From UHGV virus genome UHGV-0125199: a stretch of 64,000 nucleotides of DNA. One strand, 5' to 3'. The position numbers and the translations under genes were made by a program. The stretch's first letter is position 1. The number at the start of each line of letters is the position of its first letter. The notes under the pieces were generated by a model. That model was not told where the DNA came from and ran no database searches. It was given only the letters and a program-made list of their open reading frames with translations. This DNA comes from a virus. Positions 36,511 to 47,179 of this stretch are shown piece after piece.

Positions 36511-39500
36511 TTGGATTTTGCAAAAGAATTCAATAAGCTGGGTAAGAATTCAAATATTGATAATATAGTTTCTCAATTTAAAGAGGTGGATTCTAGTGTT
36601 GTTGATATGGCAAAGTCTGTAAAAGATGGTTCTATGTCAATGGATGAGTTCATTGAAAAATCTACAAAAGCTACAACTACCTCTTCTAAATTCAGTAGAA
36701 TGGCAAAAACTGCTGGTACCGCACTGAAGTCAATTGGTGCTACTGCTCTGAATATGTTTGGTGGTTTTCTTATTGCTGAGGGGCTTAGTCTTGCAATAAA
36801 AGGAATTTATAATCTTATAAACGCAGACAAGATTGCAATTGAAAATGGGGAAAAGGCTCAACAGGAAATTAAGGAAGTATTTGATACTTACAACGGAAAA
36901 GTCGATACGATTAAAACGCTAGGAAAGAAATTTGCCCAAGATGCAGATTCAATCAAGACCACAGGTGATGCCGTAGAATCACTAACTAAAAAATATGCAG
37001 AACTTAGAAAAGGTGTCAGTTCAGATAATACAAATCTTACTCTTTCTGAAAAGGAATACCAGGACTATCTTGACATAAGCAATCAATTAGCTGAATCATT
37101 CCCATCACTTGTATCTGGTAGTGATGCAGCCGGAAATTCTATTTTAAATTTAGGTGACAATGCGTCTGTTGCCGCTGACAAAATGGAAAAACTGCAAAAA
37201 ACACAAATGACGTTGGCTCATAATGATATTGTTGATAAATCAAGAGATACATTTAGGGGTGCATTTGAAAAAGCAGACAATATTGAAGATGAGATAAAAT
37301 CATTAAAAGGTCAAGAAAAACAATTAAAAGAATCTGCTTCTCAAATATCTTTAAGCCGAGATGAAATCAGAGAACAGCTTAAAAGTGGACATCTTATCTT
37401 CAAGGATATGTCTAAAACCGACGCAGACAAGATGGAAAAGGCACTTGGAGCATATGTCGGGAAAGAATTGGGTCGTGTCAGACGGTCTGACGTATCTTTG
37501 GATGGTCACACTATTGACAGAATCGAATTTACAATTGATCCTGTAGTAGATGAGAACAAACTTAATGAAGCAACTGATATGATTGAGGCTAGAGTTTTAG
37601 CTGGAGAAGATGAGATTGCAGCTAAAAAAGGTGAAATACAATCCAATATTAAAGCACAAGAACAAAAGCAAAAAGAAGTCTGGAATAGTTTTGCTGAAAG
37701 CACAGTAAAACCTTATCTTGAAACATCTGCTGCTATTTCTGATATGCCTGTTGAATTACTTAATGCAGTAGAAAGTAATTTACAGAATTTAGATTGGAAA
37801 AAACTTTATAAAGAATACGGCGGAGATGCCGATCAGATGCTTTTGGATGAATTAGTTTCGCCGCTAAACAGTCTAGAAAAACCGGCACAAGAAGCTTTGA
37901 CAAAGGCTCTTAGTTTAGACCCATCAACAATGTCTATTGCTGAATATAATAAAGCTATTGACTCTGCTTTGAAGGAAGTTTCTGATAACAAAGCAACCAG
38001 AAAAGAATGGAAAAATAGATTCTTTAAATCTGCTATCGATTCTGCAACTGAAGATGCTAATGCATTAAAAGAGCAGTTTAAAGGCATAGATAAAGAGATC
38101 GACAACTTAAGCGGAGAAGACAGGGAGTTAGCATACCAAATTGCTATTGAGGATGAGGATTTCGACGGAACTTGGCAAGATGTAATGGACAAGATTAAGA
38201 CCATGAAAGAAGAAGCCGAAAATCCGATGACATTCAATCTTGGTACATTTACATCAGAAGTTGGAGATGCGATTGCTTTAATTGATACATTAAATGCTGC
38301 TCTTGCAAATAGTTATTCTGGAAAAGGATTAAGCGTATCTTATGAAGTAGACGAAGAAACTGGTGTTGTACAGTTAACTGGAGACATCGCAAATCTTCAA
38401 GCAGCTTATTCAGATTTAGAAGGATATGATCCATCTATTCTATTCGAAAGAACAGCAAATGGTGTACATATTAACAGAGAAGCTCTTAGACAATTACAGG
38501 CTCAAGAAGAAGCTTTGAACAAGTCTAAATGGCTCGAAGACGAAAAGAATCTTACAGATCAATTAGCAGTGGCTACCAACAAATTAGCAAATGCAAAGAA
38601 TTCTGGAAGTGAATCTGATGTTGCGTCCGCACAAGCAACCGTGGATTCATTACAACAACAGTTGGAGCAAGTTCAATTGTTGTCAGCTGCATATGACGGA
38701 GCCACTTCTGCATATCAGCAATGGATAAATGTACAATCATCTGGTGAAGATGGAGATATGTATAGAAACGTCTCTGAAACTATGAAAACAAGGGGCGATG
38801 CGTTATACAAAGAAGGTCGATATAATACAGAAGAATTTCGTGCAATTGCCGACTACTTCTCCAATGAAGATTTGTCTACTGCACCAATGGAAAAACTTGT
38901 TGCTGCTTATGAAAATGCTGCTAATGCAAGAGAAAGATACTTTACCGGGAATAAACAGGGTATTGATAATTTCATGGCTGATATGCAAAATGATGCAGAA
39001 TTAATGTCAAAAGGGATTGTCAAAACACTTGAAGACGGAACTATGGAATTCCAAACTGGTTCAGATAAAATATTGGCTGATAAATTCCATCTTAGCGAAG
39101 AAGCAATTCAATCTATTTTAAGAGCTGCATCAGAATATGATGATGGTATAAAAATAGGTAAAATTGACGGTTCAGAAGACTTTAATGCATCTATTGATGA
39201 AATGAAATCAAAAGCTGACGAAGCAAAAGGCAAACTTGAAGAATTAAAGAATGCTGGAAATCAGAGTCTGGATTTAGATTTTAATTTCGATAGTACAGAC
39301 TTAGAAGATTTAGATAGTCAGATTGAACGTGCAAAATCTAATCTTGATCAATTCAAAAATTCAGATGGTCAGATTGATTTAAATGTCGAAGGCGCTCAAG
39401 AAGCTGTTACAATTTTACAAACCCTTATTCAGCAAAAGATTATGGTGAGCCAGCCGGCAATTATGACAATTGACACGACTGGACTTGATGAAGCTACTGC

Positions 39501-42330
39501 TGATACGGTTTCTAAGTTGCAAGAATTTCAAGAGCAATTAAACACTGTTAATTCATTAGAGATGCAACAAGATTTTGGAATTCAAGTAGACACTAACCAA
39601 CTTGACGCTGCGAAGGCTAAGGCTCAAGAATTATTCTCAGAATTGCAAGGAAAATCAGAAGATGGTTCACTTGAAATTACACCAGATGTAAAAGTTGATA
39701 CAGGATCAATGGAGTCATTGGAGCAAAGTTTGTCTTCTATGACGCCTGAAATAAAAGCAAAAATTGTTCCAGATGGAAATGTATCTGATACTCTGGTTAC
39801 TGGTGATATTAAGGTTGAAGACCAGACTGCAAAGGTAGATTATGTAAGAGGAAGCCAAGAAGCTCCTGCTGACAGAACTGCTTCTGTTGATTATATTAAA
39901 AAGGGCACAACACAAATTGAACCTGCCGACAAGAGTGCTGCTGTAACTTATAGTAAGATTGGCGGAGAACAAGCACCTCCATCGGACAAGAACGCAAATG
40001 TTAATTATAAAAAAGGGGAACAAGAAGCACCGAGTAAGAAAAATGCAGTTGTCGATTATAAACGTGGATCACAAGAATTGCCTGATTCACCTAAAAGTGC
40101 AACTGTTAATTATACTCTTGGAAATGTTGCTACTCCACCAGACGCTTATGTAAAAGTACACTATGATACATCCGGAAAACCAAAAGGTAGTAGTCCAGCC
40201 AATGGTACTGCTCATTCACAAGGAAGTGCCAACTCTGGTCATGCATTTTCTAGTGGATCGTGGGGATTAAAACAACCTGAAAAGGGCGCTCTGATAAATG
40301 AATTAGGTGCAGAAATTATTGTCAGAAATGGACAGTGGTTTGTAGAAAATAATGGATATCCTACTATCACTAATCTCAAAAAGAATGATATCGTGTTCAA
40401 TCATGAACAATCCAAAGCTTTGTTAGAACGAGGATATGTTACTGGATCTCATGCTAAATTAGCATATGAAGGCAATTCTCATGCAAAAGGAACTGCATTT
40501 TCTGGGGGGTCTTGGACTTTTGGGAATACAGGTGGTGGAAACATTGGAGGCACCAACACTACTTCCAACAATCTCAACTCCGCATCAAATAATCTTGCCA
40601 AAGCTGCTTCTGATACTTCCAAAGCAGCATCTGATACATCCGAAGCTGCCGAGAAATTATCAGAAGCAGTATCCGGATACACGGACTGGGTTGAGGTGTT
40701 ATTCAAACGCTTAGAATCACAGTATGATTTGCTGATGAGTCAAATGGAGCGTATCGCACATCTCCCAGACAAGCAACAGAAACTGTATGAGGCAATGTCT
40801 AAGAACAGTGAACTACTGAATAGGACTCAGCAAGCAATTGGGACTTATCAAAGTCATTTTGATTCTATTGTACAACAGAGTGGAATAAACCCACTTATCG
40901 TACATCAGATTCAGAACGGGTCTATGGATATTTCAAAATACGACCAGGATACTCAAAAAATAATCAGTGAGTTGCAGTCTTATTATGATAAGCTCGTAGA
41001 CTGCAATAAACAGTACGATGACCTCTTAAATAAACAGAGTGAACTGGCGCAGACAGCATTGGATAATATTGAAGATTACATCGATATGATGACTGGAATT
41101 GAGTCCTCTGCTGTAGATTATCAGGAAGCATTACGTGAATTAGCAGCTGCAAAAGGAGAATCTGCATATTCCGATAATATGTATGGCTCTCTGCAAGAAT
41201 CTATTAAAAATCAACAGGACGTTGCAGGTAAATTACAGTCACAGATTAAATCATATCAAGATGAAATCAATAAACTCATGGCAAATGGGTATATGGCTGA
41301 ATACTCAACGGAATGGTTTGAAGCACAAGCTGCATTAAATGGATTCCGGCAAGAAGCTGCTGAAGCTGAGAAAACACTGATTGAATTACAAGATCAGTTA
41401 AGAGAACTTGATTTACTGAAACTGCAACAGGTTATTGATGAGTTAGACAGAACTGCAAAACGACTGGAAAACAATTCTGACCTTACAGAATCAAAAGGTG
41501 AACAGGTATCTGAAAAAGATTTACAGGCACAGCTTGACAATGCAAATGCACAGATTCAGGCAAATTACGATAAGCGGAATGAACTATTAAAGGATCAGGC
41601 AAAATATGATGTCGGTTCTGACAAATATAATGAAATTGCGGAAGAGATAGAAAAGCTCGATGACGCTATCTTTGATGCAATGGAGAACATTGAAGACCTC
41701 AAAAATAAAATCTGGGAAGTAAGATGGCAACCGTTCTTTGATGGACAGGAAGCATTAGGTGATCTGATTGACCAGACAGATGATTTAAGAGGACTTTTAA
41801 ATAGTGATGCTTTTCTTGATAAGAACGGCGGTTTAACTGTAGATGGTATTGCAAATTTGTCTTTGATTAGTCAGGGTATGAATGCTGCGAAACAGCAAAT
41901 CAAGAATTATCAAGAGGCATTGAAGAAGCTTGATGAGGATTTAAAGAACGGGAATATCTCAACAAGTGAATATAAGGAGCAGCAAAAAGAATTTCTCAAT
42001 CAGATTTCAAGCTCTGTTGGCGTTGTTGAAGACTACAAAGATTCTATTGTTGATCTCTATACAAAGATGCTTGAGCAAGAGAATGAAGTTGCTCAAAAAT
42101 CGATTGATAAGCAGAAGGAATTGTTGGATATCAAAAAGAAAAATGCTGATTACAATAAGACTCTGCGTAAACAGGCTAGAGATGTGAATACATTGAAAGC
42201 TCAGATTTCAGCACTCGAAGGCGTGAAGTTATTTGCGCGACTTCTATTTAATAGCGGGAAAGTCCCCACAACCCTATCTTGCTACAACGGAACTGGAAAC
42301 GGTAAACGTGAATGCGGTACGAGTTTATAA
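36511..42330 (+). CDS. tail tape-measure protein, segment 3 (frame open from 36418; the functional end is probably near 42208, with intron read-through after that)
   Basis: 1939-aa helical/coiled-coil protein with TM-like 'ALNMFGGFLIAEGLSLAIKG'. No RBS before the TTG at 36511. The terminal 'VKLFARLLFNSGKVPTTLSCYNGTGNGKRECGTSL' looks non-coding. Confidence 0.8.
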   Translation: MDFAKEFNKLGKNSNIDNIVSQFKEVDSSVVDMAKSVKDGSMSMDEFIEKSTKATTTSSKFSRMAKTAGTALKSIGATALNMFGGFLIAEGLSLAIKGIYNLINADKIAIENGEKAQQEIKEVFDTYNGKVDTIKTLGKKFAQDADSIKTTGDAVESLTKKYAELRKGVSSDNTNLTLSEKEYQDYLDISNQLAESFPSLVSGSDAAGNSILNLGDNASVAADKMEKLQKTQMTLAHNDIVDKSRDTFRGAFEKADNIEDEIKSLKGQEKQLKESASQISLSRDEIREQLKSGHLIFKDMSKTDADKMEKALGAYVGKELGRVRRSDVSLDGHTIDRIEFTIDPVVDENKLNEATDMIEARVLAGEDEIAAKKGEIQSNIKAQEQKQKEVWNSFAESTVKPYLETSAAISDMPVELLNAVESNLQNLDWKKLYKEYGGDADQMLLDELVSPLNSLEKPAQEALTKALSLDPSTMSIAEYNKAIDSALKEVSDNKATRKEWKNRFFKSAIDSATEDANALKEQFKGIDKEIDNLSGEDRELAYQIAIEDEDFDGTWQDVMDKIKTMKEEAENPMTFNLGTFTSEVGDAIALIDTLNAALANSYSGKGLSVSYEVDEETGVVQLTGDIANLQAAYSDLEGYDPSILFERTANGVHINREALRQLQAQEEALNKSKWLEDEKNLTDQLAVATNKLANAKNSGSESDVASAQATVDSLQQQLEQVQLLSAAYDGATSAYQQWINVQSSGEDGDMYRNVSETMKTRGDALYKEGRYNTEEFRAIADYFSNEDLSTAPMEKLVAAYENAANARERYFTGNKQGIDNFMADMQNDAELMSKGIVKTLEDGTMEFQTGSDKILADKFHLSEEAIQSILRAASEYDDGIKIGKIDGSEDFNASIDEMKSKADEAKGKLEELKNAGNQSLDLDFNFDSTDLEDLDSQIERAKSNLDQFKNSDGQIDLNVEGAQEAVTILQTLIQQKIMVSQPAIMTIDTTGLDEATADTVSKLQEFQEQLNTVNSLEMQQDFGIQVDTNQLDAAKAKAQELFSELQGKSEDGSLEITPDVKVDTGSMESLEQSLSSMTPEIKAKIVPDGNVSDTLVTGDIKVEDQTAKVDYVRGSQEAPADRTASVDYIKKGTTQIEPADKSAAVTYSKIGGEQAPPSDKNANVNYKKGEQEAPSKKNAVVDYKRGSQELPDSPKSATVNYTLGNVATPPDAYVKVHYDTSGKPKGSSPANGTAHSQGSANSGHAFSSGSWGLKQPEKGALINELGAEIIVRNGQWFVENNGYPTITNLKKNDIVFNHEQSKALLERGYVTGSHAKLAYEGNSHAKGTAFSGGSWTFGNTGGGNIGGTNTTSNNLNSASNNLAKAASDTSKAASDTSEAAEKLSEAVSGYTDWVEVLFKRLESQYDLLMSQMERIAHLPDKQQKLYEAMSKNSELLNRTQQAIGTYQSHFDSIVQQSGINPLIVHQIQNGSMDISKYDQDTQKIISELQSYYDKLVDCNKQYDDLLNKQSELAQTALDNIEDYIDMMTGIESSAVDYQEALRELAAAKGESAYSDNMYGSLQESIKNQQDVAGKLQSQIKSYQDEINKLMANGYMAEYSTEWFEAQAALNGFRQEAAEAEKTLIELQDQLRELDLLKLQQVIDELDRTAKRLENNSDLTESKGEQVSEKDLQAQLDNANAQIQANYDKRNELLKDQAKYDVGSDKYNEIAEEIEKLDDAIFDAMENIEDLKNKIWEVRWQPFFDGQEALGDLIDQTDDLRGLLNSDAFLDKNGGLTVDGIANLSLISQGMNAAKQQIKNYQEALKKLDEDLKNGNISTSEYKEQQKEFLNQISSSVGVVEDYKDSIVDLYTKMLEQENEVAQKSIDKQKELLDIKKKNADYNKTLRKQARDVNTLKAQISALEGVKLFARLLFNSGKVPTTLSCYNGTGNGKRECGTSL

Positions 42331-43702
42331 CTCAACAGTCTTCGGATAGAAACCATAAAAAACAGATAGGTCAGGGATAACCGGGTGTGCAAGTCACCCA
42401 GACGCAACGAACTTCCTAAGTCATATATGATTTATGATATGGAAGACGCTCAACGACTGGTAAGTCCTATATATTATAATATGTAGGCATAGGGTTACAA
42501 GCGATTGGTAACTCGAAAAATATAGACTATTTGAATAAGAAATGAAATGAACAATTAAATATGATATATGTTATAATTAAGATACATCTATGATGCACTT
42601 ATGAATACAAGAACGTATGTTTTGTATATATTTAACAATTGTAAACATATCACTTTGTTTGTATTTTGTGTAGAATTTTCTCCGTATATGGGATATAATA
42701 ATAACAAGAAAACAGCAGTGTTTTCTTAAATATATCTGGTGTGATGCAGCGTAATATGACTGCTATAAATAATCTTTGAAGTGTACGCCGGGTTAGGAAC
42801 CGGTTTACATGGAGATTTACAAAGGTGCGAGGATTTACCATAGCCTAACTAGGAACTATGTTCTGAAAGAAAGTCCTTGAATGAATAGAAGGGTCATCAC
42901 CAGTGACTCTTCTATTTTTATACCAAGGAGAAGTTATGGATAATATATCATTGGCACTAAATAATTTCAAAGAATTGATGAATTGCAATTATGATTTTAT
43001 AATAGTTTGTAATAAGCAAAAATCAGATATAAAACTTACATTTGAATCAAAAGATTTTTATCATTTAGTAGGGTTTCAATACTTAAAAGATATAGACATC
43101 CCTAAAAATGAAAAACAGTTATTTAAAAAAATAGAATCTCTTAAGATTACTGATGAGTATTTAGGCAAAAGTGTGTTTTATACAAAAGTGGATTACAGCT
43201 ATGCAAATGTAAAAGAACGAATTTCCGGATTTAAAGATGTTGATAAATTTATAGAAAACAAAAATATTATATGTAGATATATAAAAACTAATAACCCTTC
43301 ATCGGCTATAAAAGCGGATTATTTAATAAAAAGTACTTTATATAACAGAACGGCATATATGTTTTTGAGAAAAAGAAGCAAAGGAGATGAATATTGTATG
43401 TGTTCATTTTTTATGCAACCACAAAATGAATATATAGGTCAAAAAACATATTGGTTGTATAAAGCCAAAAAACGTATATCGGACAATTATGTTAAAATAT
43501 TGTTAGATAGAATATCGGAATCCACAGAGCAGTAACAGGTAATACTACTGCTCTTTTATTATGTCCAAAATCATTTCAAAAAAAATTCCAAATTATTCAA
43601 ATAGAAGGTATAGTCTCAACTTCTGAGGATAACTCAGAGAAGTTCATAAGAGAACTGCATAGCGTAGCGAACTATGTGAAGATAATTGAAATAATGCGAG
43701 TG
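42209..43702 (+). mobile_element. third intervening sequence in the tape-measure gene (intron-like; boundaries within about 25 nt)
   Basis: The coiled-coil reading frame resumes at 43690 with no start or RBS. GCTCAG is shared at both exon edges. Structured RNA-like flanks. An internal hairpin plus T6 at 42884..42918. Internal ORF. Confidence 0.5.
42936..43535 (+). CDS. intron-encoded protein of unknown family (candidate novel homing endonuclease or defence protein)
   Basis: ATG after AAGGAGAAGTT. No LAGLIDADG, GIY-YIG, HNH or EDxHD motif recognised. Confidence 0.55.
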   Translation: MDNISLALNNFKELMNCNYDFIIVCNKQKSDIKLTFESKDFYHLVGFQYLKDIDIPKNEKQLFKKIESLKITDEYLGKSVFYTKVDYSYANVKERISGFKDVDKFIENKNIICRYIKTNNPSSAIKADYLIKSTLYNRTAYMFLRKRSKGDEYCMCSFFMQPQNEYIGQKTYWLYKAKKRISDNYVKILLDRISESTEQ

Positions 43703-43755
43703 CTCAGGCTGAATTAAAGAGGTTAAAAGCACAACTCAGAGATACAGAAGAAGAA

Positions 43756-45102
43756 ATGCAAGACACCCGTGATGACCATGAATATGATGTGCGTCAGAAT
43801 GGTCTGGACGGTTTGAGTGAGGATCTCGATAAGCAGCTGGAGGAAACATTATACGATGTTACTCATAATGCTGAAAAGCAGGAACAAGTAATATCTGGAA
43901 TGTTAAACCGCGTTGTTGGAAACTACCAACAGGCTTATGACAAAATTCAGCAAATCATCAACAGTACAGGATTTGTACCGAATAAGGATTTATCCAATAA
44001 TCTTGGAAATCTTGGTACAAGTAATGGAGCGCAGAACCAGGTAGACAACAGTATGACTACTGCTCCTAATTATAGACCGGATGATTGGACGGATGTGAAT
44101 ACCGGTCAGATTCAGAACGGAACAACACAGGATAAGAATGACCAGATTCAAGGCGATATCAGCAAGAATCCAGACTTATCCAACAGACCTGTTGCAGAAA
44201 TTGTATTAAGTCCGGGGACGCTTTCTATACAGGAAGGTTCCACAGGTACAGTTTCAGCAACAATCAGACCAAATGATGCAAAAAATAAGAGTTTGCAGTG
44301 GGTGTCATCAAATCCAGATGTTGCTACGGTTGCAAATGGAACTGTTCATGCTGTCAAAGCAGGTAGTGCTACTATTAGTGCAATTGCAACAGATGGTGGA
44401 GGTGCTACTTCAACAAATAGTTGTGCAGTAACTGTCACACCAAAACCAGAACCGCCAAAACCAACTACACCACCACCGAGTAATAATGGTGGAGGAGACG
44501 GAGTACCGAATGTTGGAGACAAAGTAATATTCGCAAGTGGAGATTACTACTACTCTTCTGACGGTCAGTCCCCTGCTGGAAATGAAATGCGTGGTCAGGA
44601 AGTATATATTACCAGTGTTAATAATGCTAATTGGGCACAGAAGAAATATCATATTAGTAGAACACCTCGTTTCGGAGAGCGTGACCTTGGTTGGGTAAGT
44701 CTTGACCAGTTAAGAGGTTATGCGTCTGGAACAAAGAAATTTGTAAATGGTTCAGAAATTGTTCGCATCAATGAAGGAAATAATCCTGAAATGATGGTTA
44801 GGCGTGGTGCATTGACAGGAACAGCTACGACAATTACTTATGGTGATGCTGTTGTAAATGCAAGACTGTCAAAGAACATTATGGATCTTGGTGAACACAA
44901 AGATGATATTTATAGTTCATTGAACATTGCCAACAGCCTTGGTGAAAGACCTAATGTAACAAATAATTACTATGACAAGATGATAGAAGTTCAAGGAAGT
45001 ATTGACAAGGAAACTTATCCAGGCATGAAGAAAGTAATTGAAGGAGTTACAAAGGAATTTACCAAAGAGGCAAAAAGAGCTGGTGTACACAGATCATTTT
45101 AA
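43756..45102 (+). CDS. tail tape-measure protein, segment 4 (frame open from 43690): coiled coil, a Big_2 Ig-like domain, and a C-terminal domain
   Basis: 'ASAQAELKRLKAQLRDTEEEM…' continues the coiled coil of segment 3. 'LSPGTLSIQEGSTGTVSATIRPNDAKNKSLQWVSSNPDVATVANGTVHAVKAGSATISA' is Big_2-like. Confidence 0.55.
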   Translation: MQDTRDDHEYDVRQNGLDGLSEDLDKQLEETLYDVTHNAEKQEQVISGMLNRVVGNYQQAYDKIQQIINSTGFVPNKDLSNNLGNLGTSNGAQNQVDNSMTTAPNYRPDDWTDVNTGQIQNGTTQDKNDQIQGDISKNPDLSNRPVAEIVLSPGTLSIQEGSTGTVSATIRPNDAKNKSLQWVSSNPDVATVANGTVHAVKAGSATISAIATDGGGATSTNSCAVTVTPKPEPPKPTTPPPSNNGGGDGVPNVGDKVIFASGDYYYSSDGQSPAGNEMRGQEVYITSVNNANWAQKKYHISRTPRFGERDLGWVSLDQLRGYASGTKKFVNGSEIVRINEGNNPEMMVRRGALTGTATTITYGDAVVNARLSKNIMDLGEHKDDIYSSLNIANSLGERPNVTNNYYDKMIEVQGSIDKETYPGMKKVIEGVTKEFTKEAKRAGVHRSF

Positions 45103-45106
45103 AAAT

Positions 45107-45134
45107 AAGCGGCGGGATTTATTGTCCTGCCGCT
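45107..45134 (+). terminator. hairpin AGCGGCGGGA..TCCTGCCGCT
   Basis: 10-bp GC-rich stem with a weak U tract. Confidence 0.45.
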
Positions 45135-45324
45135 TGTAATAAATATACACATATGATAAAATATATCAAAATATTGTGTATGGAGATAATTATATGTGTA
45201 GTAAAAATGAAATTTCTAATCGTAACGTCATTGTAGAAATATCTTCTACAGAACGTAACGAGTTTACTAATAACATAAAAGGATGGATTCAGCAAGAATC
45301 ATCTAATCAAGAAAATCAAGAGGA

Positions 45325-45921
45325 GTGATCAGTATAAACTGGATTACTGAAATTATAAATCAATTACCACAAATTCTTTCTTATATTGTTCCTGGATATA
45401 TATTTTTAACTATATATCAATGGACAAGATTTAGAGATGGAGATTCTCTAAAAAATATTGTATTGAAAAGTATTGTGGTATCATATGTTATTAAAATTCT
45501 TTTAAACATATTATTTAAAGAATTACATATTGCAATAAATGATGAGATCATATTTGTAGGGATATGTATCATAATTGCAACAATTTCTTCTATATTGTTA
45601 AGCATAATTATATCATCTCGTAGATATAATAAAATACTGCGGATACTAAATATAAGTCGCACAACAAACAAAAACATATGGGATGATGTATATCAAAATG
45701 GCACCGCATTAAAGATATATCAAAGCGATGGAACATTTTACGCCGGTCATTTAAGATTTTGTGAAGAGAATCAGAGAGAGCCACTTGTTGTATTATCAAG
45801 GTATGGTCTGTTTGACGAGAATAATAATATCCTCATGGACAAAACAGAGGATAGTTCAGAAGAAATAATGCTGAATACAAAAGATTTTAAAAAGATAGAG
45901 ATTAAACATTTTAAAAAATAA
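45325..45921 (+). CDS. membrane protein, paralog B of ORF 28613
   Basis: Aligns with ORF 28613 ('VPGYIF','IWDDVYQNGTALKI','FCEENQ','DFKKIEI'). Start codon context is unclear. Confidence 0.55.
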   Translation: MISINWITEIINQLPQILSYIVPGYIFLTIYQWTRFRDGDSLKNIVLKSIVVSYVIKILLNILFKELHIAINDEIIFVGICIIIATISSILLSIIISSRRYNKILRILNISRTTNKNIWDDVYQNGTALKIYQSDGTFYAGHLRFCEENQREPLVVLSRYGLFDENNNILMDKTEDSSEEIMLNTKDFKKIEIKHFKK

Positions 45922-46105
45922 ATCATATTATTACTGTGACCGTATAAATTGTTTGACTCTGTTCTCTAACTAATATTAGAAATAATTTGGAATATTCTGT
46001 CAAACGGATATTCCTGTCATTTATGAATAACGAATACACGAAGAGTTGAGAATTTTCTCAGCTCTTTTTTGATATAAAAATGAAAGAAAGTTGAGGTGAA
46101 TTATA

Positions 46106-47179
46106 TTGATTCTAGTATGTAAAGATTTTGAATTTGATGAGCAAACTTTGAAACAACAGAATCTTTCTTCTGTTAATTTTGATGACGATACTTCCCTTCC
46201 ATCAACTATTGTGAGGGAAATGGAATCTACTACAATGAATAAATATCGACCAGAGGTGACTGGATTTGGAACAACATATACAGAAACACTTGTATTTGAA
46301 ATACATATCACAAAGGATTACGAGGTAAATACATCTCAGGAAGAATTAGAATTATCTACAGAAGAATATGAGGAAACGGTTTCATGGCTCACATCACCTC
46401 AAGAACATAGATGGTTAAAAATCACAACACAGCAAGAAGAAGTTGTAAAAGTAAAGGGTTACTTCTCTTCTGTTACCCCATATGAAAATTGGGGAATTTG
46501 TTACGGTCTCCGCTGCACATTTACATGTAACTCTCCATTTTCTTATGTAGAAAAACAAGATCAACAAATCATTACACGTAGTAAAAACTTTATGTTGCAG
46601 AATACAAGCAGCGACAAATACGGATATGTATATCCAGTTATTAATATACATCCGAAAGCCACAGAACAAATCTATATCCATAATCTGTCAGACAGTAAAA
46701 CACTTGAATCTGGCACAATCTCACTACAATCCACAAACAAATTGACGTTACAATTATTGATGAATAAAATTGAAAATTACGCAAAAATGAATGGGTATAC
46801 TCTTGAATATGTATATGACAAAGATAGTCATGTGGTATCTGTATGCAACAACACTGCTATCCTATTCTATCTTACCGATTCTTACGGAGTGAAGAATAAG
46901 TATGGCGCGTACTATATTGAAAACGGGCAGTATTATATTTTTCAGGGAGGATTTTTCTACTGCCAGGTGCAACGAGACTTACAGTTAAAATTGGATTGCA
47001 AAAATCTTGCATTATATGATGAACTTGGACGACCAGTCGTTTTTGAACGTGTTGGGATTCAAGCAGAGGATAATATTTATTGGATTAGATTAATCAATGG
47101 ATATAATACAATCAGGGCGTTTGGAAATGTTACTTTAGATATAACTTACTTGGAACCAAGGAAAGGAGCGCTGATTTAA
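46106..47179 (+). CDS. putative distal tail protein (Dit-like), judged from position
   Basis: TTG after GAGGTGA. First gene after the tape-measure block. Confidence 0.4.
   Translation: MILVCKDFEFDEQTLKQQNLSSVNFDDDTSLPSTIVREMESTTMNKYRPEVTGFGTTYTETLVFEIHITKDYEVNTSQEELELSTEEYEETVSWLTSPQEHRWLKITTQQEEVVKVKGYFSSVTPYENWGICYGLRCTFTCNSPFSYVEKQDQQIITRSKNFMLQNTSSDKYGYVYPVINIHPKATEQIYIHNLSDSKTLESGTISLQSTNKLTLQLLMNKIENYAKMNGYTLEYVYDKDSHVVSVCNNTAILFYLTDSYGVKNKYGAYYIENGQYYIFQGGFFYCQVQRDLQLKLDCKNLALYDELGRPVVFERVGIQAEDNIYWIRLINGYNTIRAFGNVTLDITYLEPRKGALI

Noticed and set aside
37506-40706. Several minus-strand 60–134-aa ORFs inside the tape-measure gene
   Set aside because: They are antisense to a long coding gene and have no RBS. 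They are typical shadow ORFs.
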